From NCBI GenBank assembly GCA_024279425.1, contig JAJRRO010000133.1:20759-84758 (forward strand): a stretch of DNA of 64,000 nucleotides, written 5' to 3'. Below the pieces are notes generated by a model, which saw only the letters and a program-made list of their open reading frames with translations, was not told the DNA's origin and did not search any database. This document shows positions 17,926 through 26,843 of this stretch, piece after piece. Origin of the DNA: Bacteroidota bacterium. GTDB lineage: Bacteria; Bacteroidota; Bacteroidia; Flavobacteriales; Flavobacteriaceae. How positions within the stretch are numbered: the first letter of the stretch is position 1; each line of letters opens with the position of its first letter. The position numbers were made by a program, and so were the translations under genes.

Positions 17926-19812
17926 ATGCATAATATCCCAAATTTTGGTTACATGAAAAAAATGTGTTTTGATTGCCAACTTTCAAAGACCGCAATAGTT
18001 CTGTTTATTTTCTTTATCACATTTTGTCATCAGGGACAATCTCAAAGTGAACCATTGGAAAGACCCAATATCCTATGGATTGTAAGTGAGGACAATAGTC
18101 CATTTTTGGGTTGCTATGGAGACGATTTGGCCACGACTCCAACATTGGATAAATTGGCTCGAGAGGGTGTTTTATACTTAAATGCCTTTGCCAACGCCCC
18201 TGTGTGTGCTCCGGCAAGGTCAACTATCATTTCCGGAATGTATCCTCCAAGTATGGGCACACAAAATATGCGTAGTGTGTATCCTACTCCAACGTCCATT
18301 AAGTTTTTCCCACAATACCTTAGGAAAGCTGGATATTATACCACCAATACTTCCAAGGAAGACTATAATATGATTAAACCAGAAGGTGTCTGGGATGCTT
18401 CCTCAAAGGAAGCACATTACAAGAACCGGGCAGCAGGACAACCCTTTTTTGCCATATTCAATTTAGGGGTGAGTCATGAAAGTTCTATCCATAAAAGCAC
18501 GCCAAAAGAAGAATTAAGACATGACCCTGCTAAGGTGAATCTGCCGCCCTACCATCCAGATACTGAAGAAATGCGGCACGATTGGGCTCAGTATTACGAT
18601 AAGATCGAGGACATGGATGGGCAGGTAGCCAAAATCCTAAAAGAATTGGAAGACGCTGGATTGGCACAACATACTATTGTTGGTTATTATGGCGACCATG
18701 GGGGTGTTCTAGCCCGAAGCAAAAGATTTGTTTATGAATCTGGTACCCGGGTACCCATGATTTGGAGGTTTCCCGAAAAATACCAACATCTTTCTCCTGC
18801 AAAACCCAATACGAAATTAGATCGATTGGTCAGTTTTGTTGATTTGGCCCCTAGCATACTAAGTCTTGCCGGAATCAGCATACCGGAATACATGCAGGGA
18901 AAGGCATTTTTAGGTGAGCAGCAAACCAAAGCCCGCGAATACGTCCATTTATTTAGGGGTAGAATGGATGAACGGATAGATATGGTGAGGGCAGTCAGGG
19001 ACAACCAATTTAGGTACATAAAAAATTATATGCCCCACCGTATTTATGGTCAATATTTAGAGTATTTATGGAGAGCACCATCTTGTCGATCATGGGAAAA
19101 GGCCTATAAATCGGGAGAATGTAATGAAGCACAAAGCGCTTTCTGGGAACAAAAACCAGCGGAAGAGCTTTATGATGTGACCCTAGATCCCTGGGAAGTA
19201 AATAACCTGGCCGAAGATCCAGAATATGCTGAAGTATTGCAACGGATGTGGGAAGAAACTAGACGATGGATGCTTGATATACACGATACTGGGTTAATGC
19301 CGGAGGGAGAGCTATCCACCAGAAATAAGGAACAAACTTCCTTTGATTATGTCTATTCCAAGGCATATGCTGTAGAAGAAATTATGCATGCCGCCAATGT
19401 AGCCAGTATGCGCAATAAAAATAATCTGGATGAAATCATTGGTTTTATGCATGATGAAAATCCTACGATACGCTATTGGGGATCTACCGGCTGTCTAATT
19501 CTTGGAAAAGAAGCAGCAGCTGCCATAAACGAACTAAAGGAATTGCTAAAAGATGAACATCCCGATGTGCGAATAACTGCCGCAGAGGCGCTGTGCAATT
19601 TGGGGGAATCCTCTCTGGCCACCCCTATTTTAATCGAAGCATTGAAAGAAGAAAATATGATGGTAAGGGTGCATGCCATGAACAGCTTGGAAATCATTGG
19701 TGGTGAGGTGGCTATAGCAGCTATCCCCACTGTAAAGAAAGTACTTGGCGACAGGCCAGGTAGGGCCTACGATATTCGGGCAGGCAAGCGCTTGATCGAA
19801 ATTTATGATTAA
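17926..19812 (+). CDS. Sulfatase (arylsulfatase family) with C-terminal HEAT repeats
   Basis: Formylglycine motif CAPARSTIISGMYP (C-x-P-x-R). The likely true start is MKKMCF at 17953 (signal peptide). The C-terminal 130 aa carry HEAT_2/PBS-lyase-like repeats (DENPTIRYWG..., DEHPDVRITAAEAL...). Confidence 0.85.
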   Translation: MHNIPNFGYMKKMCFDCQLSKTAIVLFIFFITFCHQGQSQSEPLERPNILWIVSEDNSPFLGCYGDDLATTPTLDKLAREGVLYLNAFANAPVCAPARSTIISGMYPPSMGTQNMRSVYPTPTSIKFFPQYLRKAGYYTTNTSKEDYNMIKPEGVWDASSKEAHYKNRAAGQPFFAIFNLGVSHESSIHKSTPKEELRHDPAKVNLPPYHPDTEEMRHDWAQYYDKIEDMDGQVAKILKELEDAGLAQHTIVGYYGDHGGVLARSKRFVYESGTRVPMIWRFPEKYQHLSPAKPNTKLDRLVSFVDLAPSILSLAGISIPEYMQGKAFLGEQQTKAREYVHLFRGRMDERIDMVRAVRDNQFRYIKNYMPHRIYGQYLEYLWRAPSCRSWEKAYKSGECNEAQSAFWEQKPAEELYDVTLDPWEVNNLAEDPEYAEVLQRMWEETRRWMLDIHDTGLMPEGELSTRNKEQTSFDYVYSKAYAVEEIMHAANVASMRNKNNLDEIIGFMHDENPTIRYWGSTGCLILGKEAAAAINELKELLKDEHPDVRITAAEALCNLGESSLATPILIEALKEENMMVRVHAMNSLEIIGGEVAIAAIPTVKKVLGDRPGRAYDIRAGKRLIEIYD

Positions 19813-19887
19813 TAGGGGAAAGCCCATAACGCATTGAACCCCATATGTACTATCCATTCAATGTACTTCAAGGTATATCCCTTTTCT

Positions 19888-22446
19888 TCAATTTAACTCA
19901 ACGGTGATTATTTGGTCATTTAAAGCTGCTTTAAGGTTCTTTATTGCTTTTGGATGCGAAGATGCTCCTATTTTCAAGGTGTAAGTATGATTTAAATCGA
20001 AAATTTTTGGTCTAAACGTATTTCCCTTAATGCGAAGAGTATATACAATCTCCTGATCGGTCTCGTCATATACTTGCACCACGGTATTTTTTGGTCCCTT
20101 AACCTTTATTTCGGGCAAATACCCTTTTGCCTTCTTTCCATAATTATCCTCCATATTAATGGTCCGTGGCCATCCTGGGTACTGTTTTCCTGTTGATACA
20201 TCCGATGGGTCCACATATCTAGGCCAGCATTCCATTGTAATGTCCCTAGTGCTCTTGGCCAAGCGTACAATACCATAACCTGGCATGCGATCGTGAAGTG
20301 CAGCCGGAGCTACGCCTGATTTAGGCCCTGGATTGGTATGCGCATATACATTGACGAAATTTCCAAACCCGTCCAAGTATTCACCGGTATAATCCTGTAA
20401 GCCTTGGATATGATTTTTGCCTTTATTTTCAAAGGGTTGCCATGCACGCGGATAGAAATTAGCAATAGAAGGTACACAGAAAGACCAACCTGCATCATTT
20501 TGACTATCAATGCCATGATGGACTATTGAAGCCAAATGTTGATCGCCTGCCAACATAAAACCAAAACCTTTTCTTATCGCGCTCAGGGCTTTGTTCCGAC
20601 CGGTTTGAGGCCAGCCATTCGAATCAAAATCCATATATAAATGCTTCAGTTCCACACCGTGGTGGGTTGCCATATTTCCAAAAATAGTCTGGGAGAGCAC
20701 TACTTTCATTTCTGAATGCGTCCAGTCCGCAGCCCAATCATTCAGAAAGTCCAATTGTCTTTTTCCCAATAAGGTAGCCCCTTCAACATCGGCCATGGCA
20801 TAGGTGTAATTGGGATCTATTACATGATCTGGTCTTCCTGATTTTGTGGGAGGTATTAGCCCATTTGGCCCAGATTTAAACTTACGGTCCTCAATTATGG
20901 CAAAACTAATTCCCCCCAAATTCATATTGGTATAGTATGTACCTATGCCTGTTTTAATGGGCGTAGGATCATAAGGGTCCGGCAAATGACTTACTTGGGT
21001 ACGCTCTACCATTTTTACGAACTCCGAGCCATGTACATACCCTCCCTTATTATCCACGTCGGTATCACCCCCGCCATTGCCCCAAACGTTGCCTTGAAAT
21101 ACATCGTGGTCATCGGGTATACTAATGGTAGGAATACTTTTGGAAATATCACTATAGGCCCAACACCATAAATACCATTTGTACATATAGTCTTTGTAAA
21201 TATGCTGTTTATCCGGAACAGAAGGACTTGCCCCCTCATAAATTTGATCTCCACTAAAGAACAGTAAATCGGCTTGTTGTTTTTCCAGATTGTCCAACAA
21301 TTGAGTATGCGGATACCATATTTGTTCCTTCCAATTGAATGGAGCTCTTTCAACTCCTTTGGCCAAATTATGATTTCCAGTAAATCCGGCGACGACAATA
21401 GTATCCTTATCCACAGGATCGGCCCTAAAAACACCTTTATAAAAATAGGTTTCCCCTGTATCTTTCAACTGATATGAAAGACGGTAGGGAACATCTGTGG
21501 TATGCTTAAAGTTTTCAATCCTGAAAAGCGCATTATAAGATAAGGGCTGAACAGTTGATGTCCCTACATTCTTCCAGCCTTGATCTGTCTCTATTTCCAA
21601 ATCCACGCTTTGGGAATCCCCTTTGCCAATAGGCATTAGTTGCGCATTTATTTTAACCAACTCATTTGATAATGTATACTGGGCCGCAAGAATTGGCCCA
21701 CTGGTATGCGTAGCGTTATAATTGAATTTTTCTCCAGACAATTCCCAGTTATTAAACCAGAATGTCGCTGTATTTTCGCCGTTTCCTGGATGGGATACCA
21801 GTGCTACATTTCCATTTAATTCGCTTTCATTGATGGTATAGGTCAACGATCCCAGTTCTTTTTTTGAAAGGTCTTGTACTTTAAGAACCATTTGATAATC
21901 TGTTCCTTGCACATCTCCTGACACCATTATGCTGTAGCTCTCAGGAAGATCATCAAGTTGTACCGAGCTCAACATTTCTTTCTCCAAATGATTAAAATCC
22001 TGGATAAATAGCATGCCATTGGCACTTAATCCGACAAAATAGCCTCCTTCATTTCCAGGACTATGGTGTATTAGTGCAGCCGCTCTATAATCTAGCGAGG
22101 CCCCTGCCCCAATTAAAAAACCGGAAGCCGCCGTTTCATTTAAATTGACATTCCCCGTTGTGCTCCCTGTGGTCACGCTCATTTTAAAGTTTCCCTTATT
22201 TGATAATCTGGAACTCACTAAATGAACCGTTCGCATGGGTTTCTTTGCTGAACTTTGAATGCAAACCAATCTTCCATCTTTCACCTCCCAATCCTGCAAG
22301 CGGTTGGCCCAAAAGTGTTCTCCTGCCCAAGTGCGATCGGTTACCTCATCCCAACTATACTCTTTCGTCTCGGTCTGTTCGCTGCAACCCACCAAAAGAA
22401 ACAGTAGGCCTACCCCTAAAATCATTCGTATTTTTATTAAAATCAT
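19888..22446 (-). CDS. PhoD-like metallophosphatase-family lipoprotein (putative alkaline phosphatase/phosphodiesterase)
   Basis: Lipoprotein signal LLVGCSEQ. Metallophosphoesterase motifs GDQIYEG (GDxxY), GNHN and DDHDV. 852 aa. Confidence 0.5.
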   Translation of the reverse strand: MILIKIRMILGVGLLFLLVGCSEQTETKEYSWDEVTDRTWAGEHFWANRLQDWEVKDGRLVCIQSSAKKPMRTVHLVSSRLSNKGNFKMSVTTGSTTGNVNLNETAASGFLIGAGASLDYRAAALIHHSPGNEGGYFVGLSANGMLFIQDFNHLEKEMLSSVQLDDLPESYSIMVSGDVQGTDYQMVLKVQDLSKKELGSLTYTINESELNGNVALVSHPGNGENTATFWFNNWELSGEKFNYNATHTSGPILAAQYTLSNELVKINAQLMPIGKGDSQSVDLEIETDQGWKNVGTSTVQPLSYNALFRIENFKHTTDVPYRLSYQLKDTGETYFYKGVFRADPVDKDTIVVAGFTGNHNLAKGVERAPFNWKEQIWYPHTQLLDNLEKQQADLLFFSGDQIYEGASPSVPDKQHIYKDYMYKWYLWCWAYSDISKSIPTISIPDDHDVFQGNVWGNGGGDTDVDNKGGYVHGSEFVKMVERTQVSHLPDPYDPTPIKTGIGTYYTNMNLGGISFAIIEDRKFKSGPNGLIPPTKSGRPDHVIDPNYTYAMADVEGATLLGKRQLDFLNDWAADWTHSEMKVVLSQTIFGNMATHHGVELKHLYMDFDSNGWPQTGRNKALSAIRKGFGFMLAGDQHLASIVHHGIDSQNDAGWSFCVPSIANFYPRAWQPFENKGKNHIQGLQDYTGEYLDGFGNFVNVYAHTNPGPKSGVAPAALHDRMPGYGIVRLAKSTRDITMECWPRYVDPSDVSTGKQYPGWPRTINMEDNYGKKAKGYLPEIKVKGPKNTVVQVYDETDQEIVYTLRIKGNTFRPKIFDLNHTYTLKIGASSHPKAIKNLKAALNDQIITVELN

Positions 22447-22727
22447 CGCTTGTTGGTTTTATTTCGTTGGTAATCTAATTCAATTGAAGGGAAATTGGGG
22501 TCCATTCCCGAATTTATTTTTATACTATCCCATACCAGTGTACGGATTTTAATCAATCTTTTATCCAAAAAAAAACCTCCGGTTAAAGTCCTATTTTAAT
22601 ATCCCGTTCAAATATTTGCAATCAAATGATATCAAGGAATTAAAAGTTCTGAATATCATAGGATTAACCAAATTCCGTAAAGCCAAAATGGCAGTTAGGC
22701 AGGATGCTGATTCCGTTCTTTCCACTT

Positions 22728-23285
22728 TTACTTCTTCCACCTGAGCGTCTCCATTATCTTCTTAATATCATTTTGCAGATATGACGCTGCCGGATAAATG
22801 GAGTCATAATTTGGTTTGGTATAGAAATAAAGTGAACCGGTTAAAAAGTGTTGGGTACTATCTGTAACGTAAAATTGGGCTTGGGAAGCCGCATCGCCAA
22901 CTACTTCAAAATACATCCCATAGACCTTATCATCTTCATTTACAAAAGGATGTGGAAAAATCCCGTCGGCCTTGGCAGAATGTTCAACGGATAGCCTCTG
23001 GGCATCTGTCAAAAGTTCCTTAATGTTATTTTCTACCTTTTTATACGTTATGAACAAAGATCCTTTTATTGAGGGATAATCTAACGTAAGTGAGCCGTTA
23101 TCCGTTAATTCGGGGTCGCAAATTTTATTTATTTGAAATTCAAAACTTCCCATATCGAGAGACCCATAATCAGCGTTCGGATATTCTAACCTCAACATTG
23201 CTTTGGGCTTTGGAAGTACCTGTTCTTGGCACCCACTGACAAACAACAAAAGGGCCAATACTATAAGTGAACTCCTAATTTTCAT
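22728..23285 (-). CDS. gldD: Gliding motility lipoprotein GldD
   Basis: 185-aa lipoprotein (VSGCQEQ) immediately downstream of gldE, as in Flavobacterium johnsoniae. Confidence 0.7.
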   Translation of the reverse strand: MKIRSSLIVLALLLFVSGCQEQVLPKPKAMLRLEYPNADYGSLDMGSFEFQINKICDPELTDNGSLTLDYPSIKGSLFITYKKVENNIKELLTDAQRLSVEHSAKADGIFPHPFVNEDDKVYGMYFEVVGDAASQAQFYVTDSTQHFLTGSLYFYTKPNYDSIYPAASYLQNDIKKIMETLRWKK

Positions 23286-24603
23286 TGGGTAAGATTACTT
23301 TTATTTGTTTCAATCGCTTTCTATCCAGACTTTCTACAACAAATTGATAGTTCTTAAAAACTATTTTTTCGCCTTTTTTAGGAAAGCTTCCTGCTATCTC
23401 CAGTACAAATCCCGCGATGGTTTCGGATTCGCCCTTGTTATTCTCAAAGGCCTCATCATCTTCAATCTTGACTACCCTATAAAAATCCTTCAAAGCAGTT
23501 TTTCCTTCAAAAACATAAGTATGCTCATCAAGTTTGGAATATACCAAATCCTCGTCGTCGAATTCATCGCTGATATCACCCACTATTTCCTCAATTATAT
23601 CCTCCAAGGTTACAATACCGGAAGTACCTCCATATTCATCAACCACAATGGCCAAATGATTCTTCTTCTCTTTAAATTCCAATAAAAGATTATCCAATTT
23701 TTTGTTTTCAGGTACAAAATAAGGTTCTCGTACCAATGAGATCCAGTTGAACGTCTTACGATCTATATATGGCAATAAATCCTTCACGTAGAGCACGCCA
23801 AGCACATTATCCATATTTTCAGAAAAAACCGGTATTCGAGAATATCCATGCTTTTTTATCTCTTCCAGTACATCCAAATATTTCATGTCCTCGCTCAATG
23901 CAAAGAGATCAATTCGGGGACGCATTACCTGTTTTGTGTCTGTATTTCCGAAAGAAACAATCCCTTCTAAAAGTTTTTGTTCTTCCTTGGTTGTATCCCC
24001 TTCCGAAGTCAACTCCAAGGCTTGTGAAAGGTGGTCCACACTTAAATTAGATTTGTACTTTCCCAATTTATTATTTAAAAAAACGGTTCCCGACCTCATA
24101 GGTATGCTTAATGGTGCAAACAAAAAATCAAGCACTTTTAAAGGATAGGCCATAAAGTGCGAAAAACTTATGCGATTTCGGTTGGCGTATATCTTAGGCA
24201 ATATTTCACCGAACATCAAAATCAAAAACGTGGCAACGACCACTTCCAATAGGAATCGGACAGATACGAAATTGAACAAAATATAGTTGATATTGGCGAA
24301 AATGGTATCTCCGATAACATTAAAAAGGAGCACAGCACCTATGTTTAAGGTGTTATTGGCTATCAAGATTGTGGCTAAAAGTTTTTTAGGCCTTTTCAAT
24401 AATCCAACCACTATATTGCCTTTGGTAGTCTTTCCTTGCTCTATTGTATTAATGTCTGTTGGGGAAAGTCCAAAAAATGCTACCTCAGCGCCGGAAACCA
24501 TGGCTGAACACAGCAATAATAGCAAAAGGATACATATTCTGAGTGCCAAAGCACTCTCAAAGGCTATAAAATTCAGCAATAAACTAAGGGGGTCAGGGTC
24601 CAA
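23275..24603 (-). CDS. gldE: Gliding motility protein GldE (DUF21-CBS-CorC/HlyC transporter-like)
   Basis: N-terminal DUF21 TM domain, tandem CBS domains, C-terminal CorC_HlyC domain. The conserved mutY-ssb-gldE-gldD arrangement is present. Confidence 0.8.
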   Translation of the reverse strand: MDPDPLSLLLNFIAFESALALRICILLLLLLCSAMVSGAEVAFFGLSPTDINTIEQGKTTKGNIVVGLLKRPKKLLATILIANNTLNIGAVLLFNVIGDTIFANINYILFNFVSVRFLLEVVVATFLILMFGEILPKIYANRNRISFSHFMAYPLKVLDFLFAPLSIPMRSGTVFLNNKLGKYKSNLSVDHLSQALELTSEGDTTKEEQKLLEGIVSFGNTDTKQVMRPRIDLFALSEDMKYLDVLEEIKKHGYSRIPVFSENMDNVLGVLYVKDLLPYIDRKTFNWISLVREPYFVPENKKLDNLLLEFKEKKNHLAIVVDEYGGTSGIVTLEDIIEEIVGDISDEFDDEDLVYSKLDEHTYVFEGKTALKDFYRVVKIEDDEAFENNKGESETIAGFVLEIAGSFPKKGEKIVFKNYQFVVESLDRKRLKQIKVILPNEN

Positions 24604-24628
24604 TAGTTAAATTTTGGTTTTGAATTTT

Positions 24629-25093
24629 CTAAAATGGTAAATCATCATCCTGCTCTGGTTCTTTCGCTATGGCGGGCTCAGAGGCTTTTGTAGGTTCCTG
24701 CCTTTGGACAGGATTATGGGATTGCCCTGTTGCCTGGGCGTTCGCCATACTTTCTTTTTTAGTAGATAAAAATGTGAAATCCTGAACATGAACTTCAGTA
24801 GTATATCTAGTGTTGCCATCCTCACCTTGCCATTGTCTATTCTTTAGACGACCCTCAACATATATCTTATCACCTTTGCTCAGATATTTTTCGCAGATTT
24901 CAGCGGCCTTGTTGCGAACCACAATATTATGCCAATCCGTATTGGTAACACGTTCTCCTGTTTGTTTACTAGTATAGGTCTCATTTGTGGCAATGGGAAA
25001 CCTCCCAATACTACCACCTCCCTCGAAATAGTGCATTTTCACCTCATCCCCCAAATGCCCAATCAGCATTACTTTATTCAATGTTCCACTCAT
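24629..25093 (-). CDS. ssb: Single-stranded DNA-binding protein
   Basis: OB-fold N-terminus MSGTLNKVMLIGHLG and an acidic C-terminal tail DDDLPF. Confidence 0.95.
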   Translation of the reverse strand: MSGTLNKVMLIGHLGDEVKMHYFEGGGSIGRFPIATNETYTSKQTGERVTNTDWHNIVVRNKAAEICEKYLSKGDKIYVEGRLKNRQWQGEDGNTRYTTEVHVQDFTFLSTKKESMANAQATGQSHNPVQRQEPTKASEPAIAKEPEQDDDLPF

Positions 25094-25118
25094 AATTTTC
25101 GTCTAATGTTCAAAAGTA

Positions 25119-26156
25119 CTAAATTTTAAATGTTTTTATAAAATCCGCAATCAAAACAGGTGCGGGATATTTATCCAAAGTATTTAACCCAACACCCTTG
25201 TCCAATTGTGATCCAGTCTCCAAGATCCAGAATTTTGTCCATAGATGCTGATGTGAAAGTTTATGTACGATTTCATTTTGATTATACTGAAATATTTTAC
25301 CCACATTCCTTACATCCACTATTTTCATATAATTATCCTCAACCTCTTGCGCATTGATTTTCTCTTCGGTTTCAAGGAGCGGAAATTCCCAGAGGTTTTG
25401 CCAAATACCTTTTCCTTTCCTTTGGCGCATTAAGGTGTTATTGTATGGATCAACTACTACTAAATAATTAAAAAAACGATTTCTAATTTTAGTCTTGTTG
25501 ATTTTTACCGGAAGCGCACTAATTTTATTTGTCTGGAGTGCCACACAACTATCATTAAGCGGGCATACTGAACAATCAGGGCTTTTTGGTGTACACTGAA
25601 TTGCGCCAAATTCCATAATCCCCTGGTTATAATCCCGTATACCTCCAACATCCATCACCTCCTTGGCCAGCTGTTTAAAATAAGTGATTCCCTTAGTACT
25701 ATTGATAGGAGTCGATACACCATAACAACGGGAAAGTACCCTATACACATTACCATCTACTACTGGTTCTGGTCGATCAAAACAGATTGATGCAATTGCA
25801 CTTGCCGTGTAATCGCCAACACCCTTTAGTTTTAAAAGCTCTTTATAGGTATTCGGAAAGTCGCCCCCATAATCGTCAACAACCATTTTGCTGGCAGTGT
25901 GTAAATTTCTCGCCCGTGAATAATACCCCAATCCCTGCCAAAGTTTTAAGACCCTTTCCTCACTTGCGCTAGCCAAATCATGAACGGTGGGAAACTGTTC
26001 AATAAATTTCAAATAATAAGGTGTTCCTTGGGTAACTCTTGTCTGTTGAAGTATTATTTCTGACAGCCATATTTTGTATGGATCTTTGGTCTGTCTCCAA
26101 GGTAAGGTTCGCTTGTTTTTGGAATACCAAAGAAGAATTTTCTGGGAAAAAATCAT
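25119..26156 (-). CDS. mutY: A/G-specific adenine DNA glycosylase
   Basis: HhH-GPD region and a 4Fe-4S C-x6-C-x2-C-x5-C cluster (CTPKSPDCSVCPLNDSC). A NUDIX-like C-terminal domain follows. Confidence 0.9.
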   Translation of the reverse strand: MIFSQKILLWYSKNKRTLPWRQTKDPYKIWLSEIILQQTRVTQGTPYYLKFIEQFPTVHDLASASEERVLKLWQGLGYYSRARNLHTASKMVVDDYGGDFPNTYKELLKLKGVGDYTASAIASICFDRPEPVVDGNVYRVLSRCYGVSTPINSTKGITYFKQLAKEVMDVGGIRDYNQGIMEFGAIQCTPKSPDCSVCPLNDSCVALQTNKISALPVKINKTKIRNRFFNYLVVVDPYNNTLMRQRKGKGIWQNLWEFPLLETEEKINAQEVEDNYMKIVDVRNVGKIFQYNQNEIVHKLSHQHLWTKFWILETGSQLDKGVGLNTLDKYPAPVLIADFIKTFKI

Positions 26157-26237
26157 AGACGGGAATACTATAAGATAAAAGTAGGTGTTTATATACTTAA
26201 AATTAGTTGATTAGAAGAAAAGATTGAATTTAATTTA

Positions 26238-26245
26238 TATATTTG
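26238..26245 (+). promoter_or_regulatory. Putative -7 box (TATATTTG) upstream of the HU gene
   Basis: Matches the Bacteroidota TAnnTTTG consensus, 37 nt upstream of the start codon. Confidence 0.3.
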
Positions 26246-26282
26246 CAAGCCGAAAAAACATACAGAAAATATAATACTTAAG

Positions 26283-26573
26283 ATGACGAAAGCGGAAATT
26301 GTATCGAAAATCTCAGATAAGCTGGGAATCGAAAAAGGAGATGTACAAGCAACGGTAGAATCCTTTATGGAAGAGGTAAAGACCTCATTGGAAGGTGGTG
26401 ACAATGTTTACCTAAGAGGTTTTGGTAGTTTTATTATAAAGACCAGAGCTGAAAAAACAGGTAGAAATATTTCTAAAAACACCACTATAAAAATACCAGC
26501 ACATAACATCCCGGCATTTAAACCGGCAAAGGTTTTTGTAGAGGGAGTAAAAAGCAACGTTCAAGTAAAATAA
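26283..26573 (+). CDS. HU/IHF-family DNA-binding protein
   Basis: MTKAEIVSKISDKLGIEKGDV...RGFGSF matches the HU fold signature. Confidence 0.9.
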   Translation: MTKAEIVSKISDKLGIEKGDVQATVESFMEEVKTSLEGGDNVYLRGFGSFIIKTRAEKTGRNISKNTTIKIPAHNIPAFKPAKVFVEGVKSNVQVK

Positions 26574-26600
26574 AATAGTAATCTTAAAAATAAGAACTTT

Positions 26601-26690
26601 ATGCCGAGTGGTAAGAAAAGAAAAAGACATAAGGTAGCTACCCATAAGCGAAAAAAACGCAGGAGAGCTAACCGACACAAGAAAAAGTAG
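26601..26690 (+). CDS. 29-aa highly basic peptide, candidate ribosomal protein bS22-like (DUF4295-type)
   Basis: ATG at 26601. Sequence MPSGKKRKRHKVATHKRKKRRRANRHKKK, then stop. An intrinsic terminator follows immediately. Too short to appear in the ORF track. Confidence 0.5.
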   Translation: MPSGKKRKRHKVATHKRKKRRRANRHKKK

Positions 26691-26715
26691 TTGTAGTCAA
26701 CTACTTTTTCATTTT
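26682..26715 (+). terminator. Rho-independent terminator after the HU and small-peptide transcription unit
   Basis: GAAAAAGTAGTTG-tagt-CAACTACTTTTTC hairpin followed by ATTTTATT. Confidence 0.7.
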
Positions 26716-26843
26716 ATTACGTTCATTGACATAGAAATTCCAAAAAGAATTTCGACGGGTTATACAACCTGTTATTACTATTGTTTAATCTATTTGTTTA
26801 TTCACAATTCGTATTGGGAAAGAACAGGTATAAATAAAATCAG

